Origin: an uncultured Acidobacteriota bacterium
GTDB taxonomy: Bacteria > Acidobacteriota > Terriglobia > UBA7540
DNA: 64,000 nt
Direction: 5' to 3'
NCBI GenBank assembly: GCA_963804995.1
Contig: CAWDSK010000003.1
Span: forward strand, 1,664,001-1,728,000
Position 1 is the first letter of the stretch, and each line of letters opens with the position of its first letter. This document shows positions 1 through 10,043 of the stretch, one piece after another. The notes under the pieces are model-generated. The model was not told the DNA's origin, searched no databases, and worked only from the letters and a program-made list of their open reading frames with translations. Both the position numbers and the translations under genes were made by a program.

Positions 1-2
1 CC

Positions 3-215
3 TATCAGCGCCTTCTCCAGGCCCTGCGCAAGAAAGGGTATCGCAAGACGCCTTCCCAAACGCCCCAGGAATTCGCCTTCTCCTTCCTCGGCACCCCCTG
101 GGGACCGGGCGTGATGGAGTTCACGAAACTGTATAACCGGCTGCGCTTCGGACGAGCCACCGTTTCGATCGCCCGCCTGCGGCAGATTCTGGAGGACCTG
201 GCGAGGGGTAAATAG
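3..215 (+). CDS. 3' end of a DUF4129-domain protein (probably transglutaminase TgpA-like), truncated by the window edge
   Basis: Frame 3 reads YQRLLQALRKKGYRKTPSQTPQEFA...KLYNRLRFG...LARGK*. The TPxEFA and YxxxRFG motifs are typical of DUF4129. Not in the ORF track. Confidence 0.7.
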   Translation, partial: YQRLLQALRKKGYRKTPSQTPQEFAFSFLGTPWGPGVMEFTKLYNRLRFGRATVSIARLRQILEDLARGK

Positions 216-303
216 AACTCCGACCCCTCTGTCGCCGCGGCGACCGAGGGGGGATTAATTCGAACCTACTTGAATGAGAGAGGGAGGTTGATTTGAATTA
301 ATA

Positions 304-379
304 ACCCTCGCCCCTTTGGGGGAGAGGGTGGCCCGCAACCGGCGCTGTCACCAGCCGGGGCGGGACGGGTGAGGGGGTC
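304..379. repeat. REP-like element, CCCTCGCCCC-TTT-GGGGGAGAGGG family, copy 1 of 3
   Basis: Near-identical to 30441-30516 and, inverted, to 47864-47939. Palindromic and intergenic. Confidence 0.9.
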
Positions 380-466
380 ACCGAGGGACGAATCGAGATG
401 TCATTCCCTAAAATCCATTAGGTGAATTTTGATCCTACAGCCTCACCCCCGGCGAGCGGCAGAGAA

Positions 467-498
467 GCTGAGCGCTGATAGCTGATGGCTGAAAGCTG
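467..498. repeat. Heptamer tandem repeat (GCTGANN) x4
   Basis: GCTGAGC GCTGATA GCTGATG GCTGAAA GCTG, directly after the SDR stop codon. Confidence 0.85.
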
Positions 499-500
499 CT

Positions 501-1244
501 TTACGGAATCGACTTCCCGCCATCCACGGAGAACACCTGCCCGGTGATGAACTCGCTGTGGGTGGCAAGAAAGAGAACCATTTGCGCAATGTCGTCGGCC
601 TCGCCGGCTTTCTGCAGGGGTGTAGTGCGGATGATCTTCTTGATGGTTGCAGTGCGCTCTTCATCCGGAAACAGGATGGTCCCCGGCGCCACACTGTTGA
701 CGCGGATCGTCGGGGCCAGAGTTTTCGCCAGCGAGCGCGTCAGGGAGATGAGCCCCGCCTTGGACGCGCAGTAATGCATGTAGCTCGGCCAGGCCTGCAA
801 GCCACCCAGCGAGGAGATGTTGATGATATTTCCGCGGCCCTGCCGCAGCATGATTCGCGCCGCCGCCTGCGCGCAAAAGAACGGCCCCTTGAGATTGATT
901 CCCAGAAGCCGGTCCCAATCTTTTTCCGTAAGCTTATCCCAGCTCACGGCAAAAAACGCGCCGGCGTTGTTGACCAGAATATCCAGGCGGCCGAAGCGCT
1001 TTTCGATGTTGCGGAACATGGCCGTGACCTGTTTCGGCCGTGCCACGTCCGCGCGGAGGGCCAGCGCGCGCACTCCCAGCGCGGCTATCTCACGCACCGC
1101 GGACTGCGCCCCGTCGCGTGATTGATGGTAGTTTACGATGACGTCCGCGCCGGCGCGGGCAAGGGTCAAAGCAATGGCCCGCCCCATGCGCTTTCCGCCG
1201 CCGGTCACTAACGCCACCTGATTCTGAAGAGGTTGTTTTGTCAT
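501..1244 (-). CDS. SDR family oxidoreductase (pteridine reductase/FolM-like)
   Basis: TGGGKRMG cofactor motif (Arg typical of PTR1/FolM-like SDRs), NNAG, YCASK, VDGG. Start taken at MTKQ. Confidence 0.85.
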   Translation of the reverse strand: MTKQPLQNQVALVTGGGKRMGRAIALTLARAGADVIVNYHQSRDGAQSAVREIAALGVRALALRADVARPKQVTAMFRNIEKRFGRLDILVNNAGAFFAVSWDKLTEKDWDRLLGINLKGPFFCAQAAARIMLRQGRGNIINISSLGGLQAWPSYMHYCASKAGLISLTRSLAKTLAPTIRVNSVAPGTILFPDEERTATIKKIIRTTPLQKAGEADDIAQMVLFLATHSEFITGQVFSVDGGKSIP

Positions 1245-1346
1245 GGTGCCTAGATTGAAAACATCCTGCGAGCGATTGTCAAGGGGGGAGTGCACAAGTT
1301 AATTCTTGTTCCCGCGCAGAATCCGGCGTGAGGCCGTTGTCCGGCC

Positions 1347-1376
1347 TTGACGCTCCTCCGCCCTTCCCCATAGAAT
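1347..1376 (+). promoter_or_regulatory. Putative sigma70 promoter for the grx-like/bshB1 pair
   Basis: TTGACG-N18-TAGAAT, 14 nt before the ATG at 1391. Confidence 0.55.
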
Positions 1377-1390
1377 CCGGAGAGAGGCAG

Positions 1391-1663
1391 ATGATTGAAG
1401 TTGTACTCTACACCAAGCCCGGGTGCTGTCTGTGCGACACGGTGAAAGCGCAGCTCCACAGGCTCAAAGCTGCTCAGCCTTTCGAGCTTCGGGAAGTTAA
1501 TATCCTCGAAGACCACGCTGCGTACGAAAAATTTCAAGAGGAGATTCCGGTGGTTTTCATCGACGGCCGCAAGGCATTCAAGTATCACCTGGACGAGAAA
1601 GACTTCTTGCGGCGGCTCGAATCGCGACGGGGACAAGGGAGCGTATCGAACCATGGAAGTTGA
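1391..1663 (+). CDS. Glutaredoxin-like protein (DUF836-type)
   Basis: LYTKPGCCLC (CxxC) and EIPVVFIDG. RBS GAGAGG. Confidence 0.85.
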   Translation: MIEVVLYTKPGCCLCDTVKAQLHRLKAAQPFELREVNILEDHAAYEKFQEEIPVVFIDGRKAFKYHLDEKDFLRRLESRRGQGSVSNHGS

Positions 1664-2366
1664 TATCCTGGCCATTGCCGCGCATCCGGACGACATCGAA
1701 ATCACCTGCGGGGGCACCGTCATCAAGATGGTGGAAGCGGGCTACCGGGTGGGTATTCTGGACCTCACCGCGGGCGAAACCGGCACCCGCGGCGATGCGG
1801 CCCGGCGCGAGAAAGAAGCGCGCCGTGCGGCCAAAACGCTGGGAGTGGTCCACCGGGAGAATCTCAACATTCCCGATGCCGGAGTGGAGAATAATCGCGA
1901 AAACAAACTAAGGGTCGCGCAGAAGATTCGCGACTTGAAACCCCACACGGTGATTCTGCCCTATTGGAAAGGCCGCCATCCCGACCACTACACCACCGGA
2001 CTCCTTGGTTACGAGGCGTGCTTCCTCGCCGGACTCGCCAAGTTGCCGCTCAAAGGCAAGCCACACCGCCCTTTCAAGATCATCTACGCCTCACAGTACG
2101 TGCCAACCGTGCGCCCCACCTTCGTGGTTGATATTACCGGGCAGTTCGAGAAGAAACTCAAAGCCATATTCTGTTTTTCCTCGCAGTTTTCGCCACCCAA
2201 GGAATTGCAGAACCTCTTCCCTTCCCGGGCCGACATCAACGCGCGCATGGGGTCGGAAGCCCGCCACTTCGGGCATATGATCGGCGTGCGTTACGGCGAG
2301 CCCTTCGTAACCCGTGAAATCTCAAGCGTGGAAGACATCGTGAACCTGCCGGTGAAATCCATATAA
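1653..2366 (+). CDS. bshB1: Bacillithiol biosynthesis deacetylase BshB1 (PIG-L family)
   Basis: AHPDDIE, DLTAGETGTRG, RHPDH, SQF and YGEPF motifs. Confidence 0.85.
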   Translation: MEVDILAIAAHPDDIEITCGGTVIKMVEAGYRVGILDLTAGETGTRGDAARREKEARRAAKTLGVVHRENLNIPDAGVENNRENKLRVAQKIRDLKPHTVILPYWKGRHPDHYTTGLLGYEACFLAGLAKLPLKGKPHRPFKIIYASQYVPTVRPTFVVDITGQFEKKLKAIFCFSSQFSPPKELQNLFPSRADINARMGSEARHFGHMIGVRYGEPFVTREISSVEDIVNLPVKSI

Positions 2367-2420
2367 GCACCGTGCGGGGAGGGCGCATCTTCCGATCACA
2401 TCAGCGTCCGGACCCGGTCA

Positions 2421-2449
2421 TTGCTAAAGGCACAGGAAAGCTGTACATT
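2421..2449 (+). promoter_or_regulatory. yefM-yoeB promoter with operator-like TGTACA palindrome
   Basis: TTGCTA-N17-TACATT. TGTACA at 2442-2447 overlaps the -10 and matches the YefM operator core hexamer. Confidence 0.55.
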
Positions 2450-2466
2450 AAGGATGGAGGTGTCTA

Positions 2467-2754
2467 TTGCCCGTCGAGACTACTTACACGAGTTTGCGGC
2501 AAAGGCTCGCCTCGGTGTTGAAGCAGGTAGCTGAGGATCAGGAAGTTGTCATCGTGCGCCGCAGGAGGGCCAAGGATGTCGCTCTGGTTCCCGCCGAGGA
2601 ACTGGCGGGCCTGATGGAGACGGCTTTTCTGCTGCGCTCCCCGAAAAACGCCCGACGGCTGCTGACTGCCTTGCGGCGGGCTAAAGACCGAACCGGCCGC
2701 CCTGAATCCGTCGAGAAGCTGCGCCAGGAGATGGGACTTGCCCCCAGGCGCTGA
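2467..2754 (+). CDS. yefM: Phd/YefM family antitoxin
   Basis: TYTSLRQRLASVL...LMETAFLLRSPKNARRL. RBS GGAGG, TTG start. Confidence 0.9.
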   Translation: MPVETTYTSLRQRLASVLKQVAEDQEVVIVRRRRAKDVALVPAEELAGLMETAFLLRSPKNARRLLTALRRAKDRTGRPESVEKLRQEMGLAPRR

Positions 2755-3010
2755 CCGCGAAGCAGTTTTTCACCCCGAGTTCCGTCAAGACTTGCGGCAC
2801 TGGATCGAGACCGACCGCAAGATTGCTTTCCGCATCCTGGAACTTGTCGAAGCCGTGCTCAGCGATCCCTTTACGGGCATCGGCAAACCCGAGCCGCTTA
2901 AATACGTGCTGGCGGGATGCTGGTCGCGCAGAATCACGCAGGAACATCGGCTGGTTTACAAGGTAACCGCACACCGAATTGACTTCCTGCAAGCGCGCTA
3001 TCACTACTGA
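2738..3010 (+). CDS. yoeB: Txe/YoeB family toxin
   Basis: PFTGIGKPEPLKY, WSRRITQEHRLVY and C-terminal RYHY. Overlaps the antitoxin. Confidence 0.92.
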   Translation: MPPGADREAVFHPEFRQDLRHWIETDRKIAFRILELVEAVLSDPFTGIGKPEPLKYVLAGCWSRRITQEHRLVYKVTAHRIDFLQARYHY

Positions 3011-3082
3011 GCACAGCGTCGCGAGTCTTTCTGGAAAAAACGTTGGTAAGAGTTTACGGACTCATTAAATTCATCGTCAGGC

Positions 3083-3706
3083 TTACGCAACCCGCAGGCG
3101 ATTCTTCCAGCGATTATGGATAAACCAGACGGCAGCAACAACGATGAAGACTCCCAGGACCGCATCGAAGCGATGGAAGTATTCGCGGAGGGTCATCCAA
3201 CGCTCGCCGAGTTTCAATCCGGCATAGGCCAGCGCCAGGCACCAGGGCAGGGATCCCAGAAAGGTATAGAGGTGGAAGCGCGCCACGTTCATGCGCGAGA
3301 CGCCGGCGGGGAACGCAATGAAGGTGCGGATCACGGGCAGGAGACGCGCGATGAACACGGCCCAATCGCCGTAGCGGGCAAAGAAGCGGTCGGCCATTTC
3401 GAGGTCGTGGTGAGTAACCAGCAGCCAACGCCCGTATTTTTCCACCAGCGGCCGGCCTCCCGCTGATCCGACGTAATAGGCCACGAGCGACCCCAAATTG
3501 CATCCCAGGGCGCCCGCAAGCGCCACCCAGGCCAATCGAAAACGGCCCGTAAAGACCAGAAACCCTGAAAAGGGCATGATGACTTCCGAGGGCAGAGGGA
3601 TGCAGGCAGATTCGACCGCCATGAGCAGGACGATTCCCAGGTAGCCTGTCTGGGAGATTACCGCGATGATAAAGCCCGCAAGGAATTCGAGGATGGCAGA
3701 GACCAT
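3083..3706 (-). CDS. DedA family membrane protein
   Basis: ESACIPLPSEVIMPFSG and RLLPVIRTFIAFPAG. Start taken at MVSAIL. Confidence 0.9.
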   Translation of the reverse strand: MVSAILEFLAGFIIAVISQTGYLGIVLLMAVESACIPLPSEVIMPFSGFLVFTGRFRLAWVALAGALGCNLGSLVAYYVGSAGGRPLVEKYGRWLLVTHHDLEMADRFFARYGDWAVFIARLLPVIRTFIAFPAGVSRMNVARFHLYTFLGSLPWCLALAYAGLKLGERWMTLREYFHRFDAVLGVFIVVAAVWFIHNRWKNRLRVA

Positions 3707-3785
3707 AGGAGATTTTTTCTGGAAAGTGAGGAACGTACACTCGCGCGAGCCGCGCTTTGGGGAGTCCTCGCGAGGCGGGGAGCCG

Positions 3786-4007
3786 CTAAAAAGCCTCCGA
3801 CTCTTGCGTGAAGACATAACCGGGGAGGGTTACGCCCTCCGCTGTCTTCTCGACCTTTACCCGGCGAACATCCGTATCCGTCCCGCCCACTTTTCTCAAG
3901 ACAGCGTAAGAGGCAAATACCTCCGAGTAGATTTTGGTGACCAGCCAGTTTTCGCTCGTCCCGACAAATTGCCAGATTTGACCCAGTTGAATCGAGGAAA
4001 CAGCCAC
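3786..4007 (-). CDS. Small hypothetical protein
   Basis: 73-aa beta-rich, protein-like ORF with an upstream GAGGAG RBS. Confidence 0.65.
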   Translation of the reverse strand: MAVSSIQLGQIWQFVGTSENWLVTKIYSEVFASYAVLRKVGGTDTDVRRVKVEKTAEGVTLPGYVFTQESEAF

Positions 4008-4534
4008 GCTCTAATACTCCTCTACAGGGGGACGGCATCCTGTGACAGGAAATTGGATCTAAACCCTCGGTTGAAGACCGATTTTACTAATCTAACTGCC
4101 CGAAGATGCAGAGTCAATAGCCATCCTGCCTGGCGACGAAAGAAGTCGTTCACTTCCCTCCCCCCCGTTAGACGGTATGGGCAATTTCAGCAATGCGTTG
4201 ATAAGATAAAGGTTAGGCAGGGGTTCCCCCTCGGAGAAGCCAATCCAGGGTCTCACTCACCTACCTCCACGACTCCCTCGGCTGTCCTTTGCCGATCTGG
4301 ATTGCCCCCCTTCCCCGTCTCGGTCCATTTTCCTATCTGCACCCGAAAGGCATGCAACCTCTGTGCGGTCAATCTAATCCAACAGACGGGAGAATCCGGA
4401 AGAAGCCTTAGCAGGCCGAAGCGGAATGACACGAAGTGGAAGCCGATGGCAGTAGCTGAGACACCCGCACTGGAAAAAGTAAACAGCGATCAAGCCTGCG
4501 CAAGGTGGTACAATCAGTGGTGAGGAGTAAAGCC

Positions 4535-5530
4535 ATGAGGAAGCCGCGTTTTACGGCGCTATTGCTGGTGGGCATGCTGTGCCTAGCCTCGCTTCCCGGT
4601 CGCGGCGAGAATAAAAAGGAAGACGTTGACGATATCGGCAATCGCAAGGTCGCCCACTGGAGCATCATCTCTCAGGAGAAAGAGATTGCCATCGGCAAGC
4701 AATACGCAACGGAGATTGAGCGCTCCGCGAAAATCCTCAAAGATCCGGTGGTCAACGAGTACGTGAACCGCGTGTCTCAGAACCTGGCGCGCAACTCTGA
4801 CCTGAACATCCCTCTGACGGTTAAAGTGATTGACGATCCCTCCATCAATGCCTTCACCTTGCCGGGCGGATTTATCTACGTGAACACCGGAACCCTGCTC
4901 GCTACCGACGAGGAGGACCAACTGGCTGGAGTTATCGCGCATGAAATAGGCCACGCGGCGGCGCGTCACTGGGCCAGCACAATGACCAAGGCCACCCTCC
5001 TGCAGTATGGGATGATCCCCTTGATGTTCATCCCCATGTCCGCGGCGGTCTACTACGGCGTGATGGAAGCTTACTTGAACGGTGTGCCGATCGCCTTCCT
5101 GAAATTCAGCCGCAAGGATGAGGAGGAGGCCGATTTTCTGGGCTTGCAGTATATGTTCAAGGCAGGTTACGACCCGAACGCCTTCGTCGGCTTCTTCGGC
5201 AAAGTCATGGATGAAGAGCGGCGAAGTCCCGGGAGCATGTCCTCCGTCTTCGCCACCCACCCTCCCACCGGCGATCGCATCATCAAGTCCGAGGAGGAAA
5301 TCCAGAAGATCCTGCCGAAGCGTGACCAGTATCTGGTGTCCAATTCGGAATTCGATGATGTCAAAGCCCGCTTGCAAACTGTGATCAGTCAGCGTAAGAA
5401 ACAGAAGGGCGAATCCGGGCCCACGTTGCGCAAACGCGAGCCCACTGACCAGACGACGACTCAAACCGGACAGCCGAAACCCTCGGATCAAGGCGATGAC
5501 CAGCCGCCCGTGCTGAAGCGTCGCGACTAA
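4535..5530 (+). CDS. M48 family metallopeptidase (BepA-like), exported
   Basis: Signal peptide, NAFTLPGG, HEIGH zinc motif, EEEAD, THP. RBS GAGGAG. Confidence 0.9.
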   Translation: MRKPRFTALLLVGMLCLASLPGRGENKKEDVDDIGNRKVAHWSIISQEKEIAIGKQYATEIERSAKILKDPVVNEYVNRVSQNLARNSDLNIPLTVKVIDDPSINAFTLPGGFIYVNTGTLLATDEEDQLAGVIAHEIGHAAARHWASTMTKATLLQYGMIPLMFIPMSAAVYYGVMEAYLNGVPIAFLKFSRKDEEEADFLGLQYMFKAGYDPNAFVGFFGKVMDEERRSPGSMSSVFATHPPTGDRIIKSEEEIQKILPKRDQYLVSNSEFDDVKARLQTVISQRKKQKGESGPTLRKREPTDQTTTQTGQPKPSDQGDDQPPVLKRRD

Positions 5531-5556
5531 CAATTTCAAGAAATCTGGGATAGCTC

Positions 5557-5591
5557 AAGGCGTCCGAACCCGTGGGCGCCTTTCCTGTTTT
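5557..5591 (+). terminator. Putative intrinsic terminator between convergent genes
   Basis: AAGGCGTCC...GGGCGCCTT hairpin followed by a T-rich tail. Confidence 0.55.
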
Positions 5592-5622
5592 CTGGGCAAC
5601 TCTGCTTGGGTAAGAATTCCGG

Positions 5623-5922
5623 TTAGAGATTTTTGGGGGAATGAAAGGCGATACCCAGCTTACGTAACTCGTCGTTGTAATACTTCCGGTAAAGGATTTC
5701 CCACTCTCCCCCACCTTCGGGAATAGTGCGTTTCTGGGAAGCAATGCGGGCCTTGACGATTTCGTCGATTTTCTCTTCCTCATGCATGAGGTCGGTGAGG
5801 ATCTTCACGGCTTCCTGGCGGATGGTGTTGAGCTCCTCGAAGATTTCCACCTCATCCAGCTCTCCAACCGCGTCCATGATCCGGTGCGATACCTGGATGA
5901 TTTTTTCGTGACTCATTTTCAT
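5623..5922 (-). CDS. DUF507 family protein
   Basis: IPEGGGEWEILYRKYYNDELRKLG. Paralog of the adjacent gene. Confidence 0.8.
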   Translation of the reverse strand: MKMSHEKIIQVSHRIMDAVGELDEVEIFEELNTIRQEAVKILTDLMHEEEKIDEIVKARIASQKRTIPEGGGEWEILYRKYYNDELRKLGIAFHSPKNL

Positions 5923-5942
5923 CAGTTCAGCACACCATCCTG

Positions 5943-6221
5943 TCAGAGAATGACTTTTCGTTCCCGCACCAGCTGTTTCTTAATAGCTTTGAAAGCGTCT
6001 TCGTAAGTTGCTCCCAGTTGCTTCATCTCGTTGCCGTGTTGTTCCAGGATCTGTCGGACTTCATCATTAATGCGATCCTCGACACTCAACTCATCAAGCA
6101 TCACCTGGGTCATAACCTCGGTCACGTACTCGGGCTGGTCGTATTGGATCAAACCCGCCGTGGTGAGGCGTTTGAGAACCTGTTTGGCCATGTAGGCCAC
6201 GTATTCGCGTGGAAATTGCAT
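5943..6221 (-). CDS. DUF507 family protein
   Basis: EDRINDEVRQIL...FKAIKKQLVRERKVIL. Confidence 0.8.
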   Translation of the reverse strand: MQFPREYVAYMAKQVLKRLTTAGLIQYDQPEYVTEVMTQVMLDELSVEDRINDEVRQILEQHGNEMKQLGATYEDAFKAIKKQLVRERKVIL

Positions 6222-6240
6222 AGTTGGGTGAGCGTGTTCC

Positions 6241-6289
6241 TTGACGCTCAGAGAGGGCTAGTGTATATTTCATGGATTGGAACTGTCAA
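6241..6289. promoter_or_regulatory. Overlapping divergent sigma70 promoters (tRNA operon and DUF507 pair)
   Basis: Plus strand TTGACG-N17-TATATT (6241-6269). Minus strand TTGACA-N18-TACACT (6289-6260). Confidence 0.55.
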
Positions 6290-6345
6290 GGTTCGTGTGC
6301 TGAGCCGGCTCGGCACCCAAGCTCTGCTCCGGCGGTAGAGGAGCC

Positions 6346-6422
6346 GGGCGGTTAGCTCAGTTGGTTAGAGCGTCTGCCTTACAAGCAGAAGGTCATCCGT
6401 TCGAGCCGGATACCGCCCACCA
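6346..6422 (+). tRNA. tRNA-Val(TAC)
   Basis: Cloverleaf, anticodon arm TCTGC-CTTACAA-GCAGA, GTTCGA T-loop, CCA end. Confidence 0.97.
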
Positions 6423-6526
6423 GTAATAAAGTGTAGAGTGTATGGAGACAAGCTAGCTCTCTTACCTGGCTGAAATAGAAGCTCATAGCCTGTCACTCTT
6501 CACGTGCCAGTTGTCAATGGTTTTTC

Positions 6527-6603
6527 GGGGACGTAGTTCAGCTGGTTAGAACGCATGCCTGTCACGCATGAGGTCGCGGGTTCGAGTCCCGTCGTCCCCG
6601 CCA
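6527..6603 (+). tRNA. tRNA-Asp(GTC)
   Basis: Anticodon arm CATGC-CTGTCAC-GCATG, GGTTCGAGTCC, CCA end. Confidence 0.97.
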
Positions 6604-6767
6604 GCTAATCCCTTGGCTCACATTCCCGCCCTGTTCGGCCCAGCCGTCTGAAAAACTGAGGGTCTGGCTACCAACTAGGGTTATTGCACCGCCGACCATT
6701 AGCCCCCGGGCTGAGCGGGACGAAGGGTCGGGATTGTTGTTATGGCCATCAGGTGCTGACCTGAAGA

Positions 6768-8753
6768 TCAGCTCTGGATGTCTTTCTCCAGTAAAGAAAT
6801 TATCTTGTCGGTGTCGTAGACGCAGCCTCCCCACACGCCTCCGCTGGCCTGAACCAAAGCTGCCCATAGACGCGTGTCTTCAGGAAGCGAGGGATGCGGA
6901 CGCAAATCAGGGCGTGGCTCCCGCTGCGCCAGGCGGCGCGAGCCTTCCTCGGCGCCGAACAGTTTCGTGCACGTCGCCCACGAGATGAAGAGAGCCGGTC
7001 AGGCGTTTGCGGTCGATCACAATTTCGATCCGGTCGCCCTCCTGAACCTTTCCAATCGCTCCGCCGGCCAGCGCCTCCGGCGAGATATGACCGATGCAAG
7101 CTCCGGTTGAGACGCCGCTGAAGCGCGCGTCGGTAAGAACGGCTACATGCTTGCAATGTGGGAGTTGTTTTAGCGCGGAGGTGATCTGATAAATCTCCTG
7201 CATGCCCGCGCCGGCCGGACCGCCGCAGATAAGCACGATCACGTCGCCCTGCGCGACCTCTCCGTTCTTGATGGCCTGAATCGCGGAGGCTTCCGTCGTA
7301 AAAACTCTGGCCGGACCGACATGCCGATAGACGTCGTTCTCATCGATAAGCGAAGGATCGATGGCGGTGCTCTTGATGACGGAACCCTCCGGCGCCAGAT
7401 TGCCCACGGGAAAACAGACGGTCGAGCCGATTCCTTTCCGACCGCGCTTGATCGGGCGTCATAATCACGTCGTCCGGATCGATGCCGTCCTGCTCTCGCA
7501 GGCAGCGGCGTAATTCCTGGCGGCGAGGGCTCGCCTGCCACCAGTCCAGGCAGGTCGCAAGCGTTTCTCCGGAGACGGTCTTGACGCTGGTATCAAGAAG
7601 TCCGGCCCGCCGCAGATGCAGCATCACTTCCGGTACGCCGCCGGCGAGGAAGACCTGGACGGTGGCAAAATTGCGCGGTCCATTCGGCAGGGCATCCACC
7701 AGGCGCGGCACCTGGCGATTCACCTCCGCCCAGTCGGAAGCGACAGGCCGCCGCAATTTCGCTGCAAACGCGATGGCCGGAACATGCAGCAAAAGGTTGG
7801 TGGAACCACCGAAAGCCGCGTGGACCACCATGGCGTTCTGGATCGCGGCCTGCGTCAATACATCGGAGGCGCCGATTTGTAACTGATGCAGGCGCAAAAT
7901 AGCCCGGGCTGAGCGGCGAGCGGCGTCGAGCCAAATGGGCTGGCCGGAGGGCGCGAGCGCGGTGTGGGGCAGCGCGAGTCCCAGCGCCTCGCCGACCACC
8001 TGCGAGGTTGCCGCGGTACCGAGAAACTGGCATCCGCCCCCGGGAGTGGCGCAGGCGCGGCAGCCAACCTCTGGCGGCGTACTCCAGGCTGATCTGGTCC
8101 TGAGCAAAGCGCGCGCCCAGGGTTTGCACCTTGGCCGTGTCCTCTCCGGATTCCGGCAGAAGCGTAACCCCGCCGGGGACGAGAATGGCTGGGAGTTTTT
8201 CCCGAGGATGCCAGCGCCATCATCATGGCGGGCAGGCCCTTATCGCAGGTGGCAATGCCGATGACACCTTTGCCGGTGGGCAGAGAGCGCATGAGGCGAC
8301 GCAGCACGATGGCGGCATCGTTGCGAAACGGCAGCGAGTCCAGCATGCCGGTGGTGCCCTGAGTGCGTCCGTCGCAAGGGTCCGTGCAGGCGCCGGCAAA
8401 GGGAATCGGCGCGCATCGCCTTCAATTCCCGCGCCGCTTCGGCCACCAGGAGTCCCACTTCCCAATGCCCCGTGTGCAGGCCGAGAGCGATGGCCTCTCC
8501 GTTGTCGGCGCGCAGGCCGCCATGCGTGCTGAGAATGAGGAATTCGGGATCAAGGAGCCTTGCCGGGTCCCAACCCATGCCGGCGCTCTGGGTCAAGCCG
8601 AAGAGATTTCCCGAAGGCTCAGTGAGCAGCATCTCTGCGGATAGCGGCAGGAGTCCGGCAGGGCCCGGCGCATGGGTGGCCACGCGGCAGAGGCTGTGGT
8701 CGGCGTGTTTCCAAAACGGAGGTGAGTGAGATCGTTGCGATCGGAAAACTCAC
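6768..8753 (-). pseudogene. YjhG/YagF-family D-xylonate dehydratase (IlvD/Edd family), broken by multiple frameshifts
   Basis: Fragments in different frames: [57 protein letters not shown] and the C-terminus [18 protein letters not shown]...DIQS*. At least five frame changes. Could be true decay or local sequence errors. Confidence 0.8.
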
Positions 8754-8780
8754 TTTCAATCAAGTTAGGGATACAGCGCA

Positions 8781-10034
8781 CTAGGCGTCCGCGTAAACTT
8801 CCCCCGCGAGCAGCGCTTTCATCTGCCCAAGCCCCTTAGATCCCGCCGCCAGCATGCAGAAGGCAGCGAGAGCCGGGCACACGCCGGCCACGATAATCGC
8901 CGGCCCGAAATGCTTTAGCGGCCCGAGGATGAGTCCGGTTACAACGGGCGCCGCGGCACCCGCCATCTGGGAGAGCGTGTTCAGGTAGCCGATGGTCCGC
9001 CCTACCATGTTCTTTGGCGGCACGTGTTGCGAAATCGCCCAGAAGCACGTATTGCCGATTCCGGTCGCGCACATCGAAAACGTGAGGATGGGCAGCGCCC
9101 AGGACCGATCCGGCGTCACCAGCAGCAGCATAATTGCCGCCGTCCCGATATATCCCACCACTGCAAACCACACGCGTGCCCGGAACACTCCGATGCGGGC
9201 CGCCAATCTATCCACCGCTGAGCCCGCCAAGACATTCACGACGGCCATCGTAATCAGCGCCGTTGAAACCACCCTTCCCATTCCAAGATTTGAAAACCCT
9301 CGGGAGAGAATCAAATAACTCGGCACCCAGGTCAACACGAAATACCAATAATAGGATGACAGCAGGATGGCCAACGACATAGCCCAAAAGGTTGGATTGG
9401 TCAGGAGCATGCGCCAAGTCCAGCGCCGGGGCGCAGCGAGATCATCAGCCGCCTTTTCCGCCTGACGCACGGCGCGGGTTTGGTCGGGCGGCGTGGCAAG
9501 CAGCCAGCCTGGCAGCCAGATCAGCGCCCCTAATCCGGTAATGGCGAACATCATGCGCCATCCAAATCTGTCCAACAGAATGGCTCCCACCAGCGCGCCC
9601 AGTGCGGGTCCGATATTCTGGCCGGCAATATAGATGGAGGTGGGCAACCCCTGATCCTTTCCCGCAAAATTACTTCGGATGAAAGACAAGCTGGCCAGCG
9701 GAGCGATGGATTCAGCGAGGCCCAGCGCCATACGCAAGCCGATGATGTCCGCTGTCCCACGGCTGAGAGCGATAGCCGCTGAGGCTAGCGACCAGACGAG
9801 GAAACCACCCGCGTAAGCCCGGCGAATGCCGAAGCGGTCCACGAGGGCGCCGGCGGGAATCTGAAAAGCGGCATAAGTCCAAAAGAAGGCGGAGAGCAGC
9901 ACCCCCATGGTGGCGGGCGTGATGCGGAAATCCCGCATGATCGAGGGCGCGGCGATGCTCAGGTTGCCGCGATCGATGTAGCAGATCACGATACCGAAAA
10001 AGACGAGCGCGAGGACAATCCACCGGCGGTTCAT
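8781..10034 (-). CDS. MFS transporter (ACS, sugar-acid type)
   Basis: YIDRGNLSIAAP, SAFFWTYA and GALVDRFGIR. About 12 hydrophobic segments. Confidence 0.9.
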   Translation of the reverse strand: MNRRWIVLALVFFGIVICYIDRGNLSIAAPSIMRDFRITPATMGVLLSAFFWTYAAFQIPAGALVDRFGIRRAYAGGFLVWSLASAAIALSRGTADIIGLRMALGLAESIAPLASLSFIRSNFAGKDQGLPTSIYIAGQNIGPALGALVGAILLDRFGWRMMFAITGLGALIWLPGWLLATPPDQTRAVRQAEKAADDLAAPRRWTWRMLLTNPTFWAMSLAILLSSYYWYFVLTWVPSYLILSRGFSNLGMGRVVSTALITMAVVNVLAGSAVDRLAARIGVFRARVWFAVVGYIGTAAIMLLLVTPDRSWALPILTFSMCATGIGNTCFWAISQHVPPKNMVGRTIGYLNTLSQMAGAAAPVVTGLILGPLKHFGPAIIVAGVCPALAAFCMLAAGSKGLGQMKALLAGEVYADA

Positions 10035-10043
10035 GATGCCTGG

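Noticed and set aside
3666..4523. 285-aa ORF and other long antisense/shadow ORFs (e.g. 4583-5539, 36995-38305, 51862-53253)
   Set aside because: They overlap well-supported genes on the other strand and have no motifs, which is typical of high-GC DNA.
5623..6221. Tandem DUF507 paralogs as a novelty
   Set aside because: An old, divergent pair that I recognise as a common arrangement, so not unusual.
6643..6652. Neisseria DNA uptake sequence GCCGTCTGAA
   Set aside because: Only one occurrence noticed, which is compatible with chance.
6527..6780. Island integrated at tRNA-Asp
   Set aside because: No integrase nearby and no duplicated tRNA 3' end seen.
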